Source of the DNA: a virus
Direction: 5' to 3' (one strand)
Length of the DNA: 64,000 nt
IMG/VR virus record: IMGVR_UViG_3300033552_000001
Location: 66,131-130,130 of that record
Positions 56,492 to 64,000 of this stretch are shown here, in pieces (positions within the stretch are counted from its first letter, which is position 1; each line of letters starts with the position of its first letter). The notes beneath the pieces were generated by a model. The model saw only the letters and a program-made list of their open reading frames with translations. It was not told where the DNA came from and searched no databases. The position numbers were made by a program, and so were the translations under genes.

Positions 56492-56905
56492 TTATAAATT
56501 ATGTTTTTCATTACTTAAATACTTTGTTTTGTTTTTAATAATTAATAGTTGTTGTAAATAAACTGCCAGTTGTTTCTTAGACAAATTAGCATATCTACCT
56601 TGTTTAATTAACTTAATTAAATCTTTTTCATTCTTAATATTCTTTCTTATAAACCACTTTTCACTAAATGTTAAATAGTGTGATAGAGTAGCAAATTTCA
56701 TAAGACTACCATTAAGCATAAATCCAGAATAGTTATTTTTAATAACAGCATTCTTATTCTTGTGCCATCCAGATTCTTTAATTGTAATGGCTAAATAAAG
56801 CTGTTTACAATCATCTGGAATGTTGCTACTGAATATACCAGTAGCAACATTGTCATTTACTTTTGTAACAAAAAGTAATAAAAATATTAATAACTTCATA
56901 GGCAA
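56492..56905 (-). CDS. GH73-like glucosaminidase/muramidase with N-terminal hydrophobic anchor
   Basis: AITIKESGW...KNNYSGF...GRYA..., like AQA.LESGW...NNLFG...GYA. Confidence 0.5.
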   Translation of the reverse strand: MPMKLLIFLLLFVTKVNDNVATGIFSSNIPDDCKQLYLAITIKESGWHKNKNAVIKNNYSGFMLNGSLMKFATLSHYLTFSEKWFIRKNIKNEKDLIKLIKQGRYANLSKKQLAVYLQQLLIIKNKTKYLSNEKHNL

Positions 56906-56909
56906 TTAA

Positions 56910-57620
56910 TTATAATAAAAAGTATTGTTTCCACAAATCAGCATGATGTTCAAAAGAAAAATCTCTAGATTCTTTTGTATTAAATACTAATGATTGAAAG
57001 TAACCAGTTGAACTACATTCACATTTTAATGTAAATTCAGTCCTAACAATAAAGTATTTCCATTGGTTATTGTGTTTTTGCCAATTAGCAATCCAATCAT
57101 TTCCATTCATTTCAGCAACTAATTGTGATAATTGAGCAAATGCAATTGCAGATAATGCTTGTTTTTCAGTAGCATACATATTTACATTAACATTATTATT
57201 TCCTTTAAATTTATTAGCATCTCCCTTTACAGTAGTAGAATATCCTGATTTTTTATTGCAATCTTCCCAAGTTTTAGGTAATTGTTTTTCAACAGGAATA
57301 TTTTCTTGTTTGAAGTATAAAGGAGTTGGAAAATGATATAATGATTTTAATTCTGTACTTAAATTAAATGTAAATTCTGTACTTGAATAAACTTTATCAT
57401 TTTTAAACAAAACATATCCATCAGCACTAATACCAATTGATTCTTCAAAATATTCTTTATCTTCTAAATCCTCTTTATTATATCCTTGTTCAAAATATTG
57501 ATTAGAACTTAATGCTTTATTAGATAAAACATAAACACTCTCACTTTTATCTATAAAAAAGATTGAATTAATCGCATTAGAATTGGGAAAAGTTTTAATT
57601 ATTTTAAAATATCTTTTCAT
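56910..57620 (-). CDS. Two-domain hypothetical protein; C-domain of the LPKTWE family
   Basis: LPKTWEDC...ATEKQALSAIAFAQLSQL...W.ANW; start may be 57620 or 57662. Confidence 0.6.
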   Translation of the reverse strand: MKRYFKIIKTFPNSNAINSIFFIDKSESVYVLSNKALSSNQYFEQGYNKEDLEDKEYFEESIGISADGYVLFKNDKVYSSTEFTFNLSTELKSLYHFPTPLYFKQENIPVEKQLPKTWEDCNKKSGYSTTVKGDANKFKGNNNVNVNMYATEKQALSAIAFAQLSQLVAEMNGNDWIANWQKHNNQWKYFIVRTEFTLKCECSSTGYFQSLVFNTKESRDFSFEHHADLWKQYFLL

Positions 57621-57834
57621 GATTTTTTGTTTATTTGAAAAGGTAAAATTAACACTTTTCAATTTTATAATTTATATTTTAATAATAAAACATGTAATTC
57701 TTTACTAAATTCTCTTTGTTCAAGATTTCTAATACTCATGGCATTAGAGACTCTTCCAAGGATATTTCTTTTTGCATCAGCATTATAAATTGTTGAAATT
57801 CCATAAGCTGTTCTAATTGTTTTTGTTTCCATTA

Positions 57835-58065
57835 TTATATTTCAGTTAAAATTCCATCAATCGTTTCATATTCAGCATCAAATTCTACATCCCATTGTGT
57901 CCAATAAGAATATCTAGGATTTTCTTTACATTCAACATTCCATTCTTTATCTGTGTATTCTGTATGTAAACAATCATCTGAACAATAATAATTTGTACCT
58001 CCATCAATTACATAACCTTCATCCATTCCTTCTCCACAACAAGAGCATTTTCTTGCAAATTTCAT
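57835..58065 (-). CDS. Small Zn-finger-like protein
   Basis: RKCSCCGEGM.EGY...YYCSDDCL...YWTQW. Confidence 0.65.
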   Translation of the reverse strand: MKFARKCSCCGEGMDEGYVIDGGTNYYCSDDCLHTEYTDKEWNVECKENPRYSYWTQWDVEFDAEYETIDGILTEI

Positions 58066-58083
58066 AATTATTAATTTAAATTG

Positions 58084-58275
58084 TTAAAAATCAGATAATG
58101 TAAAATAACATGTTCTTTCTTTATAAATATATTTTAATGAATAATTAATATCATCATAATCAAAAATCACATTTTCAACTACTACCAATAATTGCTGTCC
58201 ATTTGCAGGATATACATTGACCTCTTTACCAACATACTTTGCTTGTAAAGTCTCTAAAATTGATTCTATTTCCAT
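58084..58275 (-). CDS. Hypothetical protein
   Basis: Start moved to MEIESILE. Confidence 0.45.
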   Translation of the reverse strand: MEIESILETLQAKYVGKEVNVYPANGQQLLVVVENVIFDYDDINYSLKYIYKERTCYFTLSDF

Positions 58276-58279
58276 TGTA

Positions 58280-58480
58280 TTATTTATTAGGAACATCTTC
58301 CACAGTATTATATAATTCTAATAAAGGTTCTACTTCATCATCAATAGAATAGCCTTTTTCTAATAAGGTAATTGCATTATGCAATTGTATTTTTATTAAT
58401 GGCAATAACATTGGTAATTTTACCACATTATTTAAATTGTATTTAGCATTTTCTAATGCTTCTAAGATTGTTACAGCCAT
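58280..58480 (-). CDS. Hypothetical protein
   Basis: MAVTILEALENAKYNL...QLHNAITLLEKGY. Confidence 0.55.
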   Translation of the reverse strand: MAVTILEALENAKYNLNNVVKLPMLLPLIKIQLHNAITLLEKGYSIDDEVEPLLELYNTVEDVPNK

Positions 58481-58512
58481 GATTTTTATTGTTTATGTAT
58501 GTTTTATTGTTT

Positions 58513-58914
58513 TTATAAAATTGTTGTCTCCAATCCAATATATGCCCCTTCATTTTCAATTAAAATATATAATTTATATTTCAACAATGAATTTGCTTTA
58601 TCATATTTTTGAATTTTAATAATTCTCATCTTTTCATCTGGAAATCTTTTCCATAATGAAGTTGATAAGGATTTGTTTTTACTACTCAATGCTTTTCTTA
58701 GTTCTAATTCAGTAGTTTCTCTGATTACAGAGCCAAATAGTTTACTAATAAATAGTGTGTACATTAGTTTAAATTTACTTATTCTAACCACATCTAAAAT
58801 GTAATTATTATTGATGTAAATAAAGTCCAATGTAGTTTCACTTTGGGCAAGTCTTAGTAATGAAGCTTTTGTTGTAAAAGCTTTAAATTTCTGTTCTAAA
58901 TTAATTTTGTTCAT
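58513..58914 (-). CDS. Hypothetical basic protein
   Basis: A-rich initiation region. Confidence 0.55.
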   Translation of the reverse strand: MNKINLEQKFKAFTTKASLLRLAQSETTLDFIYINNNYILDVVRISKFKLMYTLFISKLFGSVIRETTELELRKALSSKNKSLSTSLWKRFPDEKMRIIKIQKYDKANSLLKYKLYILIENEGAYIGLETTIL

Positions 58915-58925
58915 GTTGGTTTGTT

Positions 58926-59117
58926 TTATTTTAATTTTTTAATTCTGTTATAACATCTAACTTCTGCACCATAATTTTCTTCAAACCAATGCATAAAATC
59001 TAAATCTGATCTCATTAAAGAGTATGTCTCAATGTACAATCCTCTATTTGGTTTATATTTATATAAAAGTTTATATTTTTTATATAATAACTTTAAGTAT
59101 TTAATTATCTTTTCCAT
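58926..59117 (-). CDS. Hypothetical protein
   Basis: Operon packing. Confidence 0.45.
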   Translation of the reverse strand: MEKIIKYLKLLYKKYKLLYKYKPNRGLYIETYSLMRSDLDFMHWFEENYGAEVRCYNRIKKLK

Positions 59118-59252
59118 CTTTCTTTTTTTACAATAAGTTCATCACCCCATTCTAATAATAAAGGAGTGGCTAAAATAGTTTCAATTTTAATTAATTCAAT
59201 CAATAAAATGTCCATTGGTCTTTTTGTTTAAAATGTTAGATTAATAAAAAAT

Positions 59253-59285
59253 AAAAAAAAGTGTAAATGAAACATAAACACTTTT
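59253..59285 (-). terminator. Possible intrinsic terminator
   Basis: AAAAGTGT...ACACTTTT with an A run (U-tract on the minus strand). Confidence 0.5.
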
Positions 59286-59315
59286 AAATAACATATCACA
59301 CTAATTACTAAATAA

Positions 59316-59786
59316 TCAGAGTAAACTTTTGCATTCTATGATTAATTCAGTAAAATCTTCTAAGAATTTATTTCTAATTTCTTCTGTTTTAAATGATAAA
59401 ACTCTACTATAATAAGAACCTGCTTTAAATATTTGATCTCTGTTAAAAAATATTTGATATTTCACATTATTATCATTATAATTGGGTTTCCAATTTTCAT
59501 TATACTTATCTCTCCATTGACATAATTGAGATAATGCTAAACAAGCTTCTGCTTCTTCTTCTGTTGGAAATATATTTTTATTATCTTCAGAAGAATTGTA
59601 TCCTTTGTAAACAACAATCTCTGAATCTTGATTAACATAATACCCTTCAACCTCACTAAAATCTTTCCATTCTATTTTTTTCTTAAACAACTCTGGATAA
59701 TTAGTTTCAGCAATGGATCTTAGTGATGGAATACCAGAATCAAACATTTCTTTTGCTTGTTGTTCTGTAATTTCTATTGTTTTCAT
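59316..59786 (-). CDS. LPKTWE-family protein (paralogue of the C-domain of 56910)
   Basis: IFPTEEEAEACLALSQLCQWRDKYNENWKPNY...VLSFKTEEIRNKF. Confidence 0.65.
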   Translation of the reverse strand: MKTIEITEQQAKEMFDSGIPSLRSIAETNYPELFKKKIEWKDFSEVEGYYVNQDSEIVVYKGYNSSEDNKNIFPTEEEAEACLALSQLCQWRDKYNENWKPNYNDNNVKYQIFFNRDQIFKAGSYYSRVLSFKTEEIRNKFLEDFTELIIECKSLL

Positions 59787-59815
59787 AATTTCCTTTTTAT
59801 TTAATGTTATTTCTA

Positions 59816-60391
59816 TTATTTTATGTTTCTAAAAGATTCTTTTAAATCAAAACCATTATTTACTATCTTTTCTTTATTTGTCCTATTATCCACTACAATA
59901 ACATCTCTTGAAAGAAAATCATAAATAATATTCCATACTTTATAAGCATCCCATACTTTATAAAAGTTGTATTCTTTTAAAATTGGAAATTCATTAATAA
60001 CTTTTTCTTTCCATTTATTTTCACCATATAGGCTTTTATAAATAACAATTAAAGGACAATTATGAAATTCATTAGGATTTTCTTTAAAATAAGTAGGAAT
60101 TTTTAAAACATTATAATGAAATCTTCCATAAGGAATGTTATAATAATCTTTTGTATTTAAGTATTTAATCTCTTTATTATACTCTTCTAATTCTACACCA
60201 TACCTATACTCACCATTTATATAAATACCTTCTATAAGCCAGCCACATATCCATAATTGAATTGTTGTGTATGGAGTTGGTTTATATAGATATGAATATG
60301 TAGTAGTGTATTCTAAAACTACTTTATCATCAATACCTATTACACCTTGTAAATAATGAAAATAGTCTTTGATTCTGCTTATAATCTTCAT
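59816..60391 (-). CDS. Conserved hypothetical phage protein
   Basis: MKIISRIKDYFHYLQG..GID...; C-terminal KEKIVNNGFDLKESFR; start moved to 60391. Confidence 0.6.
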   Translation of the reverse strand: MKIISRIKDYFHYLQGVIGIDDKVVLEYTTTYSYLYKPTPYTTIQLWICGWLIEGIYINGEYRYGVELEEYNKEIKYLNTKDYYNIPYGRFHYNVLKIPTYFKENPNEFHNCPLIVIYKSLYGENKWKEKVINEFPILKEYNFYKVWDAYKVWNIIYDFLSRDVIVVDNRTNKEKIVNNGFDLKESFRNIK

Positions 60392-60395
60392 ATTA

Positions 60396-61778
60396 TTATT
60401 GTTTAAGTTTGCCACAAATACTACCATCTAAAAATAAATAGTTATTAAATAAACTTACATAATTCTTGCTATTAACATAATTTTTTGTAATAGTACTAAT
60501 AACAATTATAGAGTCTCTTGATTTAGCTTCTACTATTTTTCCAATTAAAAATTTAGCATCACTAAAATCAAATGGAATATATTCTTGAACTACTTTTTCT
60601 AAAACAAAATATGGATAATCAAAATCATCATTATTTGCTTCATTTTCACATCTAAAACCAGATGTTCCACAATCTCTTGTAATAGTTAATGTTTGTCCAA
60701 CATAATTATTCATAGTGTCTACCCAGGAAGACTGCCAACCATTTTCTTCATATTCAGCAGTTCTTGTTATTTTTACAACATCACCAATTTTAAAACCAGA
60801 AGTATTATGATTTTCTAAATACAGTTCTTGTTGTGATTTTGGAAATATAATTCCAAGTTCTTTTACTGCTTCTTTTTGAGCATCAGTCCCATCTTTAATT
60901 AATAATTGAATTGATGATGTTGGAATAGTAAAATTGTCTTCTTTATATAAATTATCAGTAAGAATATTTGCTATTTTATCTTTCCAAGTTGGACAATCAA
61001 ACTGCTCTCTTAATTTAAGTAATTGTTTTCTTGATAATGTTTGTTCTTTTGTTTCTACATCAACTAAACCAAGTTCTTTCATATAAATCTTTTTAAATGT
61101 TTTTAAATCAATTTCTATTTTACCATCTCTTATTTCATCTTTAAACATAGTACCAGTTACATATAAACCATTAAGAGAAACAGAATTGTAATAATTAACA
61201 TCATATATATTTTCTAATATAATACCTTCTCTGAAATCTTTTTGATTATGTCTTACTATATTTATAAAAGGAAGAGATTCTTCTGTCACTTTCAATACCC
61301 AATTTTTTATTACAACATCTAATTTTACTACATACTTTTTAAAATCATAAAAACTAATTTGTTTATAAGATTTAGGAACATGTCCTTCATGAGTATGATA
61401 AGTTCCATCAGAGGTATAGCAATTATCTTTATAAATAATAGTATAATTATCAAAACTATTATTTTTAAAATAGTCCTTTACAGTAACAAGATTTTCTTCT
61501 GTTTCAGGCATAACATACCAAAATTCAGGTAATATAAATTCATCTGTTTTCATTTCTTTCCAATGTTTAAAAGTTAATGTTTTGTATGGAGCATCTTTAA
61601 ATAAAGATTTTGCAGTTTCTAATTTATTATGTATGCCAGGAATATCTAAATCATTTTTTAAACAAACATAATTCCAATGATTCCAATAATCATCATTAAG
61701 ATTTTTATAAGTTTCTGTACTTTTCATTACTTGATTTGTTTCTTCTTTATTATTACAAATCACTATATAATTTTCCAT
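60396..61778 (-). CDS. Mosaic multi-domain hypothetical protein
   Basis: String of small modules (LPEFWY, KNWVLK, FKIGDVVKI KOW-like, IPFDFSDAKFLIGK). Confidence 0.65.
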   Translation of the reverse strand: MENYIVICNNKEETNQVMKSTETYKNLNDDYWNHWNYVCLKNDLDIPGIHNKLETAKSLFKDAPYKTLTFKHWKEMKTDEFILPEFWYVMPETEENLVTVKDYFKNNSFDNYTIIYKDNCYTSDGTYHTHEGHVPKSYKQISFYDFKKYVVKLDVVIKNWVLKVTEESLPFINIVRHNQKDFREGIILENIYDVNYYNSVSLNGLYVTGTMFKDEIRDGKIEIDLKTFKKIYMKELGLVDVETKEQTLSRKQLLKLREQFDCPTWKDKIANILTDNLYKEDNFTIPTSSIQLLIKDGTDAQKEAVKELGIIFPKSQQELYLENHNTSGFKIGDVVKITRTAEYEENGWQSSWVDTMNNYVGQTLTITRDCGTSGFRCENEANNDDFDYPYFVLEKVVQEYIPFDFSDAKFLIGKIVEAKSRDSIIVISTITKNYVNSKNYVSLFNNYLFLDGSICGKLKQ

Positions 61779-61948
61779 GCTATTGTTTGTTTAAAATTTT
61801 AGTTATACTTTCTTGCCACCATTTATTATAAGCAATAAAATTAGCAATGGGAGATAATTCATTGTCAGAGACAAATTCCATATCTACCCATGCTAATTCT
61901 AATTCTTCTTTTGTATGAGCTTTAATATAATTCTCATACAGTTCTATT

Positions 61949-62158
61949 TCATTCATACACTTGAATTATTTTAATATATCGTCCATTAATGTATTTAAAA
62001 ACAATAGCATCTTCTGGAAACTCTTCAAAGTTTTTCACTTGATCTACATAACTGATAGTATCTGATTCTAAATATTCAATTTTATAATTGTAAGGAGTTG
62101 TTTTAACTGACTTACATGATGCTACTAATAGCATTAAAATAATAATTAAATTTTTCAT
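61949..62158 (-). CDS. Small lipoprotein
   Basis: MKNLIIILMLLVAS-C lipobox; start moved to 62158. Confidence 0.65.
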   Translation of the reverse strand: MKNLIIILMLLVASCKSVKTTPYNYKIEYLESDTISYVDQVKNFEEFPEDAIVFKYINGRYIKIIQVYE

Positions 62159-62186
62159 GATTTTTTGTTTAAAATGTTTAATTTTT

Positions 62187-62396
62187 TTATAAATCCCCTC
62201 CTCCATCAAATACAATTCTTGGAGTTTCATTATCTGATACAATAACTTCAGAATCAGGAAGTACTTCCCAACCTAATGATTTAATTGAATTTTCTTTACT
62301 ATCTTTCATATTTATAGCATGTTCAATAGTAAAAGCAATTATTACTCTTACAAATTCTCCATAATTAGTACGAGTTGAAAATATGTACAATTTCAT
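62187..62396 (-). CDS. Hypothetical protein
   Basis: A-rich initiation region. Confidence 0.5.
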   Translation of the reverse strand: MKLYIFSTRTNYGEFVRVIIAFTIEHAINMKDSKENSIKSLGWEVLPDSEVIVSDNETPRIVFDGGGDL

Positions 62397-62553
62397 GATT
62401 TGTCTTTGTTTAAATTATTAATGAAAGCAATATAACTTTCACATTCTTTTTTAGTGCCATAAGTAATTACTGGTTCATCAGTCATACAATCAGCTACTGA
62501 TAGCCCACCATTTATTGTAATTACAGCATATATTTTTGTGAATACTTCTTCCA

Positions 62554-63165
62554 TTATGTTGTTTTGTTTAAAATGTAAATATTAGATATTTGTTTTTTTA
62601 GTGCCAAATAATCATTCATGGTAAAATTGTCATTTAATAATTTTGACTCAAACTCCCGTCTATTTTGAAGACCTTTGATAACAATTGTCTTCCCATTAAC
62701 TTTTACACAACACCACTTACTAAACTTTTTAATAGCTTCTTTTTTATTATTAGCAACTAATGCTTTTGAAAAACCACTATTTTTAATCTTTTCTAAACTA
62801 CCAGTGTTGTAAACTAGTGAAATTATGGCAATTTTTTGCATATAACTTAGTGTTGGGTAAGCTTTATTTACTTGTTTAAACAGTTTTAATACTATTTTTT
62901 GAAATATTTTATCAGCATGGTGAATGTCTTTGACTGATTTAACATTTGTAAATCCATAACCACAAGTTGTTTTACCAGCACTGCATTTATAAGATGTAGC
63001 AGAATAACCTTCACCAAGTTTAATTACCCAACAACTAATTTGATATTTTTGATTTAATGTAAATACCTCTTTGTTAGTAAGAGGAATTTTTACAATTTCT
63101 ACTTTATGTTTTTCTTTTGAACAAGAAACTGATAGTAATAATACTAATAATATTAAATTTTTCAT
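62554..63165 (-). CDS. GH24 phage lysozyme with lipoprotein signal peptide
   Basis: MKNLILLVLLLSVS-C; catalytic E-x8-C-x5-T triad (EGYSATSYKCSAGKTTCGYG); AIISLVYNTG; KGLQNRREFE. Confidence 0.85.
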   Translation of the reverse strand: MKNLILLVLLLSVSCSKEKHKVEIVKIPLTNKEVFTLNQKYQISCWVIKLGEGYSATSYKCSAGKTTCGYGFTNVKSVKDIHHADKIFQKIVLKLFKQVNKAYPTLSYMQKIAIISLVYNTGSLEKIKNSGFSKALVANNKKEAIKKFSKWCCVKVNGKTIVIKGLQNRREFESKLLNDNFTMNDYLALKKQISNIYILNKTT

Positions 63166-63514
63166 TTTATGATTGTTTAATTGTTTAAATTATTTATTTA
63201 ATGTTTTAATAAATTCCAATACAGTCTGATAAGCATCCATTTGTGCTATTTCCCAACTACTGTTCATATAAGGATGTACTTTATCAATCCTTTCACAAAG
63301 AAAGTTATTGATTTCATCAATTAATTCTTGCTTTTCCATTAGTTTTATTTTTTTAAATCATAACCAAATTCTATTGCCAACAAAATATGAGCATGCATTT
63401 CTGTATTTTCATATTGTTTACAATATCTTGTAATTCTTTTACCAAAGGCTTCATCTTCCTTTATTGTTTTTTCTAAAAATTCTATCATTTCTAGATAATT
63501 TTCTTTTGTTTCCA

Positions 63515-63799
63515 TTAGTTATTTTTGTTTATATCCTCATAAATTTCAATTTGTTCTTTCAATGCAGTAATAATAGTAAGACTATTCAAATTAATATCTT
63601 TAATTAATACTACTTGCTCCCCTCTTAATTCAGAAAGCTTTTTATAATAAGCAACATCTTCTTTTAAAGAAATAATTTGAGAATCTTTACTAATCAATTT
63701 TTTGTTATGTAAATCAACTTTGTATAATTTACCTAAATACATTCCTACTATCAAGGTTATTACTAACACTACAATTGCTGTTATATTCATTTTATTCAT
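63515..63799 (-). CDS. Single-TM coiled-coil protein
   Basis: ITAIVVLVITLIVGMYLG then heptad pattern. Confidence 0.55.
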   Translation of the reverse strand: MNKMNITAIVVLVITLIVGMYLGKLYKVDLHNKKLISKDSQIISLKEDVAYYKKLSELRGEQVVLIKDINLNSLTIITALKEQIEIYEDINKNN

Positions 63800-63821
63800 T
63801 GTTTAAATTGTTTAAATTATT

Positions 63822-63835
63822 GGGAGTTTCCTCCC
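63822..63835 (-). promoter_or_regulatory. GC-rich GNRA hairpin in the 5' leader
   Basis: Minus strand GGGAG-GAAA-CTCCC just upstream of an A-rich initiation region; no U-tract. Confidence 0.35.
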
Positions 63836-64000
63836 CTGCACAATTATATTAAACTTTCTTGGCACTTATTCACTACTTATTTAGTGCTGTCCTTACAGTT
63901 TTGAGCATTCTTGTTACTTCGGTAATTTTCACAAGACCTGTTTAATATATAAGACAATTTATTTCTAAATTGAATGCAATAATAAATAGAACCACTATCC

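Noticed and set aside
26179-58619. + strand ORFs in the minus-strand block (e.g. 26179, 27470, 29176, 33661, 43221, 45046, 55077)
   Set aside because: Antisense shadows of packed minus-strand genes with no recognisable motifs
1-64000. Stop-codon reassignment (TAG to Gln or TGA to Trp), known in some crAss-like phages
   Set aside because: Long genes are uninterrupted in the standard code, TGA is used in ATGA stop-start overlaps, and TAG ends the SSB exactly at its LPF tip
1-64000. tRNA genes and CRISPR arrays
   Set aside because: No T-loop GTTCGA-type cloverleaf and no regularly spaced repeat-spacer array seen by eye; a tRNAscan/ARAGORN run would confirm
63860-64000. Structured ncRNA or ribozyme (TTAC-CGAA-GTAA and GCACT/AGTGC stems on the minus strand)
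   Set aside because: No hammerhead CUGANGA core; the region also reads as the open 3' end of a gene running off the window

Overview
A very AT-rich, gene-dense segment of a lytic tailed dsDNA phage that looks like an environmental crAss-like (Crassvirales-related) virus of a Bacteroidota, probably Flavobacterium-like, host. It has two convergent blocks that meet at a bidirectional terminator near 24.9 kb. The + strand block (1-24.9 kb) holds the C-terminal part of the giant virion RNA polymerase, a 1711-aa zincin-motif cargo protein, inserted Bro-N/RepL/T5orf172/Rha-type genes, tail fibres and a tailspike, a free-standing GIY-YIG homing endonuclease and a GH19 endolysin. The - strand block (24.9-64 kb) holds replication genes (PolB, DnaB-like and SF2 helicases, primase, SSB, RecT-like annealase), rIIA/rIIB, DUF932 and dozens of small, often duplicated, ORFs. 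The most notable signals are: (i) a circularly permuted DUF3494 ice-binding domain inserted in the tip of the 1718-aa fibre; (ii) a phage-encoded RNA polymerase alpha-CTD mimic; (iii) a lipoprotein-anchored GH24 lysozyme and a GH73-like enzyme outside the lysis module; (iv) two nuclease-less double-NUMOD1 genes coupled to a catalytic-only GIY-YIG gene; (v) a perfect 20-bp inverted repeat over a host-type promoter before the tailspike. All family assignments come from motif recognition by eye; no searches were run. I saw no tRNA, CRISPR array, integrase, terminase or capsid gene in the window.
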